Source: Pecten maximus
Lineage: Eukaryota
DNA: 64,000 nt
NCBI RefSeq assembly: GCF_902652985.1
Contig: NC_047016.1
Span: 1,488,001 to 1,552,000 of the forward strand
Direction of reading: 5' to 3'
Part shown: positions 50,069 through 63,257 of the stretch, piece by piece
How positions within the stretch are numbered: the stretch's first letter is position 1
Layout: each line of letters opens with the position of its first letter
Position numbers and translations under genes: made by a program
The notes under the pieces: generated by a model
Told to the model about the DNA's origin: nothing
Seen by the model: the letters and a program-made list of their open reading frames with translations, nothing else
The model's database searches: none

Positions 50069-53000
50069 ATGGCCGACGAGATACCTGTTATTCCCAAAGT
50101 GACAAGTGTAGTTGTTCACAGTGGAAATATTGTCAACTGGAACAGACTAAAACGAAAACCAAATCAGACACCGTCAGAAGAGGTAAGTTAACGAGTGAAA
50201 ATGTTTCAATGACACGATGACATTGCTACAGAAATCGAGATGTTTGCGTTGTGTACTTCAGAATTGGGTTTGTTTATATTGGTGAAATGTCTGTTTTATG
50301 TTTAACTGTGAATTACAGTGATATTTCCAACTGTGACCATATTAACTCGCAGTATAATCGACTCCTTATTATTGTGAACTCTGAAATCATACTGTCTTAA
50401 CGAATCGAGTTATTATAGTATTGGGTATGATGATGGTATTGGCCATGTGCCGTCTGCCGGTCTGGTTTGTGACCGCAAACAGATCTACATAATTAATGTG
50501 TCTAACTTCAGTGATGTACTCAGCGTGATTTACGGTATAGCCTGTCTTGAGACACGAGATACTCGCTGTTTATTTTTGAATAATTATTTTGGGATGGAAT
50601 GAGATGAGGCAGTCGTGATATTCAGGACAGGATATATATATTAAGACCATGACTATGCATTTTTCTGGAAATTACGTACTTTTTTTTAGTTTGTTATATA
50701 TGCTAACCGCCTACAAGACCTCGGAACACATTAAGTGACAATTGTTCATAAGATTTTAACAGGGGTAACACACAAATTAGCAATTCATAATTTGTGTTCT
50801 TGATCTTGTATCAATATATTCCAGTAAATAACTTGTTTGACATATATAGAACAAGTTCTAGAAGGAGGTAAGGTATGGTCAAGTGTCACAGTGGAGAATC
50901 ATGTTTGATTATCACCAAGGTGACCATTGTTCAATAACCAGATCAGATGTGAACATATGAGGTTGACACTTGACCAACCAAATCACATGCTTGCGTTTCC
51001 CCCAGAACCCTGGTTTCCTCCCTCTGCATGCATCTATCCAGATTAAATCTTAATGGTTGTAAATCAAACAAAAATGTATCATAAATAAGTTCCTAAAATA
51101 CTGATACCTAACAAACATGAAACGTGGAGGAGCAAATTCTGAGACAACTCAAGTTGTAGATGCTGCTGTCATTGTACCAGTTTTGAAGTTTGTGTCTGAA
51201 GATGAATGGGGTCACCTGCCTGACCATGTGGGTTTTCCCCCGGGTAGTCAAAGGGTTTAGTCCAGTTTTGTCAGTCTATAAAACCCCTAATCCGAAGGGT
51301 TCTGATGTTAATATCGCTAAAAGCATAGTAAGATCGTCAGAAAATTCGGACTATAAAACCCCTAGCTCAAGTGTGACTAATATAAGTTGGTTTTACTCGT
51401 TTTGCAATTGTTGTAAGATAGATAAAGTTTAATTACAAACAAAACTACCCATATCATGTAATGATGATTGTTTGGTTTTCCTTTTTTCATAGCTTGTGGA
51501 ATGTGTTTCAAATTCTCTGGATAGTTTCTTCGATACAGCAGACAAAAATGAACTTCAGGTAAGAAATTGACAAAAAGGCGAGGAACTGACAGAATCTAAC
51601 ATTACGTAAGGGATGGGATAAAGGTCAACATCAGGTAGGGGAAGATATAACAGCAGGTTAACTTCATGTAAGGGCAATAATACAGGTAAACTTCATGTAA
51701 GGGCAATAATACAGGTAAACTTCATGTAAGGGCAATAATACAGGTAAACTTCATGTAAGGGCAATACTACAGGTAAACTTCATGTAGGGCAATGATACAG
51801 GTAAACTTCATGTAAGGCCAATAATACAGGTAAACTTCATGTAAGGCCAATAATACAGATAAACTTCATGTAAGGGCAATGATACAGGTAAACTTCATGT
51901 AAGGGCAATGATACAGGTAAACTTCATGTAAGGGCAATGATACAGGTAAATTTCAGTATAGGGAAGGAATATAGGTAAACTTTTGGTAAGGGAACATCAG
52001 GGATTCAGGTGGTGTTCGCTGTACTTAATGTTACTTAAATCTTATTTTTGTGTGTATTTTTTTCTCGCTAACCTGGCCTGAATGGCCAGTGATCATTTAC
52101 CATGTACAGTGCCTGTCGTCAGTCATTGATTCCTAAAAATTGCTGTTAGTCATGAACGTCGGACACTGTGGATTTTGACCAAATTTGGTCTGAAGTATCC
52201 TTTGGTGAAAGAATGTAATCACTTTTGTATAAATAGTTGGCATGGTCCCCAAGGGGCCCCAATAGCGGAAACACCTTTGTATTGTAGAGAAGAGATTAGT
52301 TTTAAAAGAGATCCAGGTGAGAGAGATACAGGCCCTCTGGGTCTATTTTAAAGATATGAATACTAAGTCGACAGTATATACATGTATAATTGGAATTCCA
52401 ATTGAATATCTAAATGGTTTATATTTCCTTGTTCCCTGACAGTATGCTACAAAGCTAGATTGTGTCCACTCCGAGTTTAAGAAGACACTGGCCATCGACA
52501 GTAACGATAGGGGTGACCTAAAACTAACAGGTATGTGTCTTAAACAGATTGATCTCATTATATATTTCATCCCTTTTACATAATTTTGATACATCAATAA
52601 TCCATTGTATTTAAGCATTGATGTCTTTTTTTTTAGTTTCATCGGGGTATGAAACAAATTTTGTTTGCAAACTGTATGAATCCGCGATGCGGATTCTTAC
52701 AGAAGTTTGCAAACAAAATTTGTTTCATACCCCGATGAAACTAAAAAATAATTGACATCAACGTTTATAATTAATTTTTGAAAATGATTTTCTAATTTAA
52801 AACATATTTTATGTACAATTTTACTGGTTTTAAATGGGATTCTTTTTCTCAAATCAATATGCAACGTCAATTGTCGTATTGTGACGTCACATTTTTCGCG
52901 CCATTCTCGGAATTTCTTTCATAGAAGAATGAAAAGAATTTTTTTGACCAATCACATTTGAGTATTTACCATGAAAACAAAGAAAAATTAATTATATACA

Positions 53001-54768
53001 TATAATCACTTCCACATAAAAAATAATGTGTTTGCGATACCTGTATATGTGTACATTATCAGTTTTATTTTCCATACTTCAGTCAAAATATTCCTGTGTC
53101 GATTGATGCTTCCGGAAGTCATCAAACAGGCTGTAAAAAAAGGTTTGTATCTTTTTGTTCATCCATGTATTTTTCAAATGTAATGAATAACTTAATGCCA
53201 TCAATAAATATCCTGCCATAATCATTAATACAGTCAAACCTGTATTAAGCGGCCACCCAAGGGACCGACAGATATTGGCTGCTTAAGACAGGTGGCTGCT
53301 TAAATAAGGTTGGCCAGAAACGGCCAGTTGCCCAATTCTTTTTTCAACAGTTTATGGAATTTATCATATCATAATGCACTTATTGATATTGATAACAATA
53401 TACCACGAACAGTGTATTTTGAAATGAAAACCAACAAAGATCAAAGTTTTGATGAATTTGATGAAAATGTCTGACCATGTGATCATCGCGGATGTCTACT
53501 TTCGGACAAAATGGCCGCTTAATACAGGATGATACAACGTCGTGGGGCAGATTTTTGTGGCCATTGGCAGCCTTAGACAGGTGACCGCATATTTAAGGTT
53601 CATTATATAGTGTTTTCCATTGGGTGGACCACAGACTGACCACTTAACGGAGGTGGCCGCTTATTCAAGGTGGCCGTAAGAGCAAGTTTTACTGCATATA
53701 TGATATGATAACAGGTACAATTTATGGTTTCTAAATTAGAGAGCATGTGTAGGGGTGATAACTCTGACATGCTGCTCTCAAACTTGGTGTGACATTCAAT
53801 TGGAAATCCTTTTCTTGGGAGATAGTATTTTATTGGTGTATCATATCACATTTAAGTCTTTAGAAAACTTTGAATGGCTATTCCAGACTAACACTGTAAA
53901 TCAGTGGTTTGTAAGAATTAATACGACTAGTTGATTTCTTGTTTAGTGTTGGAGGAGTTGGACACATCGTTTGTGGATGTAGTGCTGTTGGCTTTCCCCT
54001 GACTTAAACGAGGAAAGTATCACATTGGACCTTATCAAACCATATTGGGAGGTCCTGGAGGAGCTAAAAACAGCCGAAGTGGTCCTGTCCTTAGGTATAT
54101 CTGACCTTGACAAGTGTGCCCTGGAGGAGCTGTTTAACTGGGCGACGGTAAGCTGATAGAAAGTCACAAATGGTAGTGTAGTGAAGGGCTCTATAAAGCC
54201 ACCATCCTAATGTCACACATGTACAGTACAAAATATTTTCACTCATTGCAACAAAGTAATATATAGATAAAAAATCTAAAAATATCTGTTAACCTTTCAT
54301 TTGTAGTTAGAATTGTAACTTTATTCATGACTGATATTTCAGGTTAAACCAACGATCAACCAGGTGAATCTCGAGTCATGCTGTGTAATGCCTAAGGACC
54401 TGACAGATTACGCCAAAGAGAACGACATCCAACTTCTAACTCACATTGACCCACGAGGTACATCTCTTAATGTTCAATGCTATCTTGTTTTGGTAGGAAA
54501 TTACTTAATGAATCTTGTCTTGAAAAGCACATCATACTTCACATACAACGTTTTCAACTATTGTATTTCAGATATCCTGACAAGTGAGAAAGTGTCACAG
54601 CTGGTGTCAGCCAGGTGTACGGACAAAGATGGTGAAGGATGGGATTCTGATTGGGCTGCAAGATTCTCAGTGATGATCAAGTGTCGAGGCATCATCAAAA
54701 CAAAGGGATATATTGTCAAGGCGTCGCGGGACATGACAAAAAGGAAAAGTACACAACAAGTACTGTAA
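50069..54768 (+). CDS. GCLM: Glutamate-cysteine ligase regulatory (modifier) subunit, 7 exons, ~279 aa; +1 frameshift in exon 5 as assembled
   Basis: Exons 50069-50182, 51493-51558, 52443-52530, 53083-53142, 53947-54147, 54343-54457 and 54572-54768. Motifs VHSGNIVNWNRLKRK, IKPYWEVLE, LGISDLDK, VKPTINQVNLESCCVMP, DIQLLTHIDP and IKCRGIIKTKGY. One extra C at 53996-53999 creates TGA at 54000. Confidence 0.93.
50217..50226 (+). promoter_or_regulatory. ARE-consensus motif at the start of GCLM intron 1
   Basis: ATGACATTGC matches RTGACnnnGC; GCLM is a canonical Nrf2 target. Confidence 0.3.
51650..51990 (+). repeat. 29-bp minisatellite resembling the GCLM exon 2 donor
   Basis: Unit CAGGTAAACTTCATGTAAGGGCAATAATA versus the junction AACTTCAG|GTAAG. 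Confidence 0.85.
52063..52345 (+). mobile_element. Degenerate HINE-type element in GCLM intron 2
   Basis: 5' GCTAACCTGGCCTGAATGGCCAGTGA; 3' CCAGGTGAGAGAGATACAGGCCCTCTGGGTCT. Confidence 0.45.
52615..52765. repeat. Long palindrome (hairpin element)
   Basis: TTAGTTTCATCGGGGTATGAAACAAATTTTGTTTGCAAACT and its exact reverse complement flank the central GAATCCGCGATGCGGATTC. Confidence 0.8.
53231..53694. mobile_element. Tc1/mariner (pogo/Tigger-like) MITE in GCLM intron 4
   Basis: Left end TA|CAGTCAAACCTG, right end CAAGTTTTACTG, with repeated subterminal GGTGGCCGCTTA motifs. Confidence 0.65.
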
Positions 54769-54934
54769 AAGTGAACCATGAGACTGTACAGTAACAGGGA
54801 CCAGAGGCTTCTGTCAGGCATAACTAGTTAGTGTTACAGAGGGGAGGGCTAATTAGCTAATACTACAGAATTATATCACTGTTTGCCTCGATTGAATCGT
54901 GATTTCAGGGATGGCGTTCACTCCAGTGACCACA

Positions 54935-55230
54935 AGTAATATCATTACACATCAGTAGTCATGTTATATTGTTACACTTCAGTGATTAGATGTAATATTG
55001 TTACACTGCATTGATCATATGTAATATTGTTACACTTCAGTGATCATATGTAATATTGTTACACTTCAGTAATCATATGTAATGTTGTAACGCTTCAGTG
55101 ATCATATGTAATATTGTTACACTTCAGTAATCATATGTAATATTGTTACACTTCAGTGATCATATGTAATATTGTTACACTTCAGTGATCATATATAATA
55201 TTGTAACACTTGAGTAATCATATGTAATAT
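54935..55230. repeat. 29-bp minisatellite in the GCLM 3' region
   Basis: Unit GTAATATTGTTACACTTCAGTGATCATAT. Confidence 0.88.
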
Positions 55231-58200
55231 AAGGAATTTAATGTTATATCACACTTCATTGACCAAATATATTATTGACATAATATTGAAACACTGCAAC
55301 TACCACCTGTACTTCGGTGATAATTGCTGTTAGAAAGGAATTTGGGTTAGTATTTATCTCAGCAACATTAGAAGCCATGCAATGCTTATCTTAATGGTTA
55401 ATGTCCGGTACATATAGAGCTTCCCATTATTGTAGTATACATCGTTGATCCATTGTTGATGATCTGTGTTTCTGTTAAGTGTTTGTCAGATATATTTATT
55501 GATCTCCCGTGTGTGATCTAAACTATCTTCACATCTTAATTCCACCTTAACAGTCAACAACAGGTTACAATCCATTATTTTACCCCAACTGAAGATTTTC
55601 AAATACTTATTTTACCAGTTTTCCCCACTGTTCCTTGTTACATTAATGATAAATCTTACTTTTGTATTGACAAAAGGTAATATTGTTTTAACATTTAAAG
55701 CTTTCTTATTATGATAAAATTATGCATCTTACCAAAAAGTTCCACAAAGACAAAATCTGCAAATCTTACTTGAACAGTTGGCCTGGTTCCCAAGGTCTAT
55801 ATGATTTCAAGGGGGAGAACTCCCTACAGATTGCATGTATGTATTCAAGTGGTGATATTTATCAATCATGAAGTTGATTTATAAGTACATGTATATATGC
55901 AGAAATCAAATATAGAGAAAAAGTGTTTTTAGTGTTACCAGAAACAGGGTAAAAAAACCCACCAAAGGTATACAATATAGTTAGGGTTTTTAGTTCTCGC
56001 ACCATGTCAGAATTTTATATTTATTATAATTAGCATAAGATATAATGTGTATACAGCAATGATCATGTCCTATTTGTAGTCAATAGCAAACTTGGGTTTT
56101 ATTTTAATAAATTAAATAAAGATTGTTCCTTATTTAATAGTATTAAATAATTGGCCCATGACACTTCTGGTTTTTCTTATTTTTTTGTGAGATTTACGGC
56201 TGTTTTGCTGATAGCCCACATGGTACGAAGTGCCTGTCACCTTAAGGTTTGGAGTAGGAGTGGTTCGTCAAATATTTACATTATCTAGAGAAAATGTGGA
56301 AGAATCTTCTTAGAATACCCAGAGGGGTTATGAGTTTCCTCATCTAATTGACCTTGACTTGTTTGAAGGTCACAGTGGTCAGGTTCTCGGGATGGAATGC
56401 TATCAAATATAACTTCTCATGCAAATGATCTTCGGACTTATTTAAAATAAAAATCCTGTGAATTTCTGTGGGAATCTGCTTCTCAAGTTCTTGAAGACTC
56501 GGGATATTGATATTTGGCAAGTAGGTAAACTGAAATGAAGCACTACCAAATTCAATGTCACTGGGGTGAAATATGTTAAAAAACCATGATTCACTTTCTA
56601 AAGTATTTCAAGTGTAATTAAAATGAGAAACAGGTGAGTGATACAGACCAAATGGGTCTGAAGCATGTAGACTGGGTGTTGATGTCAGTCGGAAGGACTG
56701 TTTGGTTTTATGTAAATATAACAAGCTCCTGTTTGGTTTTATGTAAATATAACAAGCTCCAGTTTGGTTTTATGTAAATATAACAAGCACTATTTTGATC
56801 CTTACTATATACTTTATTGTATCGTACAAAAAGATTGCAGCCAGACTTACCAGAAGTTGGATCAACACAAAGTTTGTACACAGCTTGTAACATCGTATAT
56901 TTACAGTGAACAAAATGTTATTCTCTTGCATCTATGGTGGCAAATATGGATATTTTTAGTTGATGACCTGGGTTAATTATAAGGGAATAGTTTTTGCATT
57001 ACTGAGTTGATATATAGATTGTAGGGTTACACAACCATTAGTACAAAGGATTTAGATAGGGAATGGTCCTTGTCAATGAGGGTTTACCTTGTAACAGATC
57101 ACCATGACGATACAGAGATGAGCAATATTGTTTATCACTTGTAATTTGGAAGTGGTATAATTCTTAAGCATTGGTATAACAAGGGTACATCTTAGAAACA
57201 GAAATATTTTATATCATTTATTAAAGTCATAAGATCTTTAATATTCAGGTGAAAAAGATATGTTCATTTTTTGTTTTCACTGTCATAATTTTAATTAAAG
57301 GGATATTGGTGATTATTTTCTGCCACCTCAATATTATCATATTTATAACAATCACCTACCACTTTTCAACATGAACAGAACACATTTTCTCACGTAATAT
57401 TAAGGGTGAAAGAAAGGTTCACACATTTTTTCTTCATACATTACATAGGTATATCAATTAAAACATGTTTTTGTGTGGAAATATTGCAGATCCTATGCCT
57501 TTAAAGCAATAGCAAAAATAGGGCTAAAATGAAGTGATGTCAAAGACCGACACCACAGCATACTGAATGTTTTTTTAATGAATATTGTATACCTATAGCT
57601 ATATTTCATGAGCATATTAGAATACATTGTACTATTTTCCATACATATAAAATCTGCATATGTGTCAATGTACACGGTATTAAATATGCTCAATGAGGAG
57701 ACCATCGAATGTTCTATTTTATAAATTTGCTTTTAAAAATTGGAAACTCTGTCAACTATTTATTTGAAAAACCTACTAGTTCAGAATGTCGGAACGAATT
57801 TCGATCAAATATGGTCTGCGCTATTGTCGGTTGATGACAACTCAAACTTGTAATCGAATGTATAACAATAAACAAGACACTCGCCTACTAGGGAGAAACA
57901 GGAAGGACCCAATTAGGGAGATGGAATTATAATATATAGCAGGTTTTCGTATCACATTTCATTATCATAAGTTATAACTGGTTGTACTGTACATTTGTAC
58001 TACAAATGTGATTTTGTACCTATACTTTTCCATATTTTCTCCATTTCATTTCGCAACAAATTCATTAAAACAAAACATCTCTACATTCATACAATGAATG
58101 TTCATCATTACATGTAAATACGAAAAAGGGATGATCAATGTGATCAGATTGTATAATAAAAAAAACTTCATACAAAACATTCCTTTTACACCATGACTTC

Positions 58201-58452
58201 TGATATGAATTTCAAATAACGAAACTTCAACCCAGGTTACTTAAATGTAGCTACCCATAATTGAATCTGTAGACAAGCTTTGATATTATTAAAACTATTG
58301 CACTATTATAATAGAATCACATTTATAAATATCAAAACCAATTATAAACTGACCTAGACATGTTCATACTTATGATATGTCAATATATATATAAATGAAC
58401 TCTCACTTCAAAAACAATTGTGAAACATTAAGAATGATATCTTTTGATTACC

Positions 58453-61400
58453 AACACTAATAGTGAATAATCTTAGAGAGAAACACTAATAGTGGATAAT
58501 CTTAGAGAGAAACACTAATAGTGGATAATCATAGAGAGAAACACTAATAGTGAATAATCATAGAAACACTTATAGTGGATAATCTTAGAGAGAAACACTA
58601 ATAGTGGATAATCTTAGAGAGAAACACTAATAGAGGATAATCTTAGAGAGAAACACTAATAGTGGATAATCTTAGAGAGAAACACTAATAGAGGATAATC
58701 TTAGAGAAACACTAATAGTGGATAATCTTAGAAACACTTATAGAGGATAATCTTAGAGAGAAACACTCATAGTGGATAATCTTAGAGAGAAACACTCATA
58801 GTGGATAATCTTAGAGAGAAACACTAATAGTGGATAATCTTAGAAACACTTATAGAGGATAATCTTAGAGAGAAACACTCATAGTGGATAATCTTAGAGA
58901 GAAACACTAATAGTGGATAATCTTAGAGAAACACTAATAGTGGATAATCTTAGAAACACTTATAGAGGATAATCTTAGAGAGAAACACTCATAGTGGATA
59001 ATCTTAGAGAGAAACACTAATAGTGGATAATCTTAGAGAGAAACACTAATAGTGGATAATCTTAGAGAGAAACACTAATAGTGGATAATCTTAGAGAGAA
59101 ACACTAATAGTGGATAATCTTAGAGAGAAACACAAATAGAGGATAATCTTAGAGAGAAACACTGATAGTGGATAATCTTAGAGAGAAACACTAATAGTGG
59201 ATAATCATAGAGAGAAACACTAATAGTGGATGATCTTAGAGAGAAACACTTATAGAGGATAATCTTAGAGAGAAACACTAATAGTGGATAATGTTAGAAA
59301 CACCTGTTAACAAAACACATAAATATCAGTTAATGACACTAATAGTGGATAATCTTAGAGAAACACTAATAGTGGATAATCTTAGAAACACTTATAGAGG
59401 ATAATCTTAGAGAGAAACACTCATAGTGGATAATCTTAGAGAGAAACACTAATAGTGGATAATCTTAGAGAGAAACACTAATAGTGGATAATCTTAGAGA
59501 GAAACACTAATAGTGGATAATCTTAGAGAGAAACACAAATAGAGGATAATCTTAGAGAGAAACACTAATAGTGAATAATCTTAGAGAGAAACACTAATAG
59601 TGGATAATCTTAGAGAGAAACACAAATAGAGGATAATCTTAGAGAGAAACACTGATAGTGGATAATCTTAGAGAGAAACACTAATAGTGGATAATCATAG
59701 AGAGAAACACTAATAGTGGATGATCTTAGAGAGAAACACTTATAGAGGATAATCTTAGAGAGAAACACTAATAGTGGATAATGTTAGAAACACCTGTTAA
59801 CAAAACACATAAATATCAGTTAATGACACTAATAGTGGATAATCTTAGAGAAACACTAATAGTGGATAATCTTAGAAACACTTATAGAGGATAATCTTAG
59901 AGAGAAACACTCATAGTGGATAATCTTAGAGAGAAACACTAATAGTGGATAATCTTAGAGAGAAACACTAATAGTGGATAATCTTAGAGAGAAACACTAA
60001 TAGTGGATAATCTTAGAGAGAAACACAAATAGAGGATAATCTTAGAGAGAAACACTAATAGTGAATAATCTTAGAGAGAAACACTAATAGTGGATAATCT
60101 TAGAGAGAAACACTAATAGTGGATAATCTTGGAGAGAAACACTAATAGTGGATAATCTTAGAGAAACACTAATAGTGGATAATCTTAGAGAAACACTAAT
60201 AGTGGATAATCTTAGAAACACTTATAGAGGATAATCTTAGAGAGAAACACTCATAGTGGATAATCTTAGAGAGAAACACTCATAGTGGATAATCTTAGAG
60301 AGAAACACTAATAGTGGATAATCTTAGAAACACTTATAGAGGATAATCTTAGAGAGAAACACTCATAGTGGATAATCTTAGAGAGAAACACTAATAGTGG
60401 ATAATCTTAGAGAAACACTAATAGTGGATAATCTTAGAAACACTTATAGAGGATAATCTTAGAGAGAAACACTCATAGTGGATAATCTTAGAGAGAAACA
60501 CTCATAGTGGATAATCTTAGAGAGAAACACTAATAGTGGATAATCTTAGAAACACTTATAGAGGATAATCTTAGAGAGAAACACTCATAGTGGATAATCT
60601 TAGAGAGAAACACTCATAGTGGATAATCTTAGAGAGAAACACTAATAGTGGATAATCTTAGAGAGAAACACTAATAGTGGATAATCATAGAGAGAAACAC
60701 TAATAGTGGATAATCTTAGAGAGAAACACTAATAGTGGATAATCTTAGAGAGAAACACAAATAGAGGATAATCTTAGAGAGAAACACTGATAGTGGATAA
60801 TCTTAGAGAGAAACACTAATAGTGGATAATCATAGAGAGAAACACTAATAGTGGATAATCTTAGAGAGAAACACTAATAGTGGATATTCATAGAGAGAAA
60901 CACTTATAGTGGATGATCTTAGAGAGAAACACTTATAGAGGATAATCTTAGAGAGAAACACTAATAGTGGATAATGTTAGAAACACCTGTTAACAAAACA
61001 CATAAATATCAGTTAATGACACTCATAGTGGATAATCTTAGAGAGAAACACTCATAGTGGATAATCTTAGAGGGAAACACTAATAGTGGATAATCTTAGA
61101 AACACTTATAGAGGATAATCTTAGAGAGAAACACTCATAGTGGATAATCTTAGAGAGAAACACTAATAGTGGATAATCTTAGAGAAACACTAATAGTGGA
61201 TAATCTTAGAAACACTTATAGAGGATAATCTTAGAGAGAAACACTCATAGTGGATAATCTTAGAGAGAAACACTCATAGTGGATAATCTTAGAGAGAAAC
61301 ACTAATAGTGGATAATCTTAGAGAGAAACACTAATAGTGGATAATCATAGAGAGAAACACTAATAGTGGATAATCTTAGAGAGAAACACTAATAGTGGAT

Positions 61401-62260
61401 AATCTTAGAGAGAAACACTAATAGTGAATAATCTTAGAGAGAAACACTAATAGAGGATAATCTTAGAGAAACACTAATAGTGGATAATCTTAGAAACACT
61501 TATAGAGGATAATCTTAGAGAGAAACACTCATAGTGGATAATCTTAGAGAGAAACACTCATAGTGGATAATCTTAGAGAGAAACACTAATAGTGGATAAT
61601 CTTAGAAACACTTATAGAGGATAATCTTAGAGAGAAACACTCATAGTGGATAATCTTAGAGAGAAACACTAATAGTGGATAATCTTAGAGAAACACTAAT
61701 AGTGGATAATCTTAGAAACACTTATAGAGGATAATCTTAGAGAGAAACACTCATAGTGGATAATCTTAGAGAGAAACACTCATAGTGGATAATCTTAGAG
61801 AGAAACACTAATAGTGGATAATCTTAGAAACACTTATAGTGGATAATCTTAGAGAGAAACACTCATAGTGGATAATCTTAGAGAGAAACACTAATAGTGG
61901 ATAATCTTAGAGAAACACTAATAGTGGATAATCTTAGAAACACTTATAGTGGATAATCTTAGAGAGAAACACTAATAGTGGATAATCTTAGAGAGAAACA
62001 CTAATAGTGGATAATCTTAGAGAGAAACACAAATAGAGGATAATCTTAGAGAGAAACACTAATAGTGGATAATCTTAGGGAGAAACACTAATAGTGGATA
62101 ATCTTAGAGAGAAACACTAATAGTGGATAATCTTAAAGAGAAACACTCATAGTGGATAATCTTAGAGAGAAACACTCATAGTGGATAATCATAGAGAGAA
62201 ACACTAATAGTGGATAATCATAGAGAGAAACACTAATAGTGAATAATCATAGAAACACCT
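58453..62260. repeat. 29-bp minisatellite (27/25-bp variants) with internal copies of its right flank
   Basis: Unit AGAGAGAAACACTAATAGTGGATAATCTT. Confidence 0.95.
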
Positions 62261-62874
62261 GTTAACAAAACACATAAATATCAGTTAATGACTCTTGTAA
62301 CAAAACATGTTCTGTTGTCAGAAGATACCATGTGGACATCACAGAATCTCCCAATAAAGAAACAAAACTTGGTTTGTTGTCAGCAGATACAACAGACATC
62401 ACAGAACCTCCCGATAAAGTAACAAAATCTGGTCTGTTGTCAGCAGATACCCCACAGACATCACTCAAAATCTCCCGGTAAAGTAACAAAATCTGCCCTC
62501 GATATTATTTTCCACATGACAACACACCCAGATAGCCTAGCACTAGAAACATCTATACACAAACTGATAAACTCTGTTACGTCAGGTACGTACAGTAATA
62601 CACACCTAAAATATTATATCAGACATATAATAATCTATGGAAAATAATTATGATTTCTTAATAAATAAACATCTGTTCCTAGTTAAATAGCAAATGTCTC
62701 ATACATGAAGCACCTTGGTTATAGAAATTGGAAAGCCATAGTAATCTTCTTCATTTGACAATGGTCAATGTATAGACATGTGACAGCATTCATAATTACT
62801 TTGGTAAGACAATGGAAGACTATAGGTGTGATGAAATCACAAAATATGTTGTGAATGTCTGGTAGATGTGATCA

Positions 62875-63257
62875 TTAGGAATGTCCAGCAGAAGCTAACA
62901 GAGATATATTCCTTTTCACAGACATGCTGCGTAGTGGTGACAGAAGAGAGTTACCTCCCTTCTCTGGAGACACCGGTAACAAGCGTTTTCCTCTTGGTGT
63001 AGAGATAAGTTTCTCAAGGTCTATAATTTCCTTGGCCTGTTCTATAAGAGCACCTGCAGCCAGGTTAACATCCTGAGCAGCAAATTCTAATCGTTCCGTT
63101 TGGGAGTCGGACAACACGGACACATTGGTAAGGTCACTACTACAACTTGTCTGGAGCAGCAGGCTGTTGTCCTGTCCAGAAACTGCCATCAACTTGGCTG
63201 TACCTTTTTGTATCAGCTCAGAACAGCGACAAACCTTTCGCACATCATCTGTTTTAC
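62875..63257 (-). CDS. Terminal coding exon of an unidentified gene continuing beyond the window
   Basis: Acceptor ccccttactatttacag|GT followed by ~126 open codons (KTDDVRKVCRCSELIQKG...LLASAGHS*). The sequence is non-repetitive and protein-like, but I did not recognise the family. Confidence 0.65.

Noticed and set aside
54000-54002. Selenocysteine or read-through TGA in GCLM
   Set aside because: Homology continues in the +1 frame, not the same frame.
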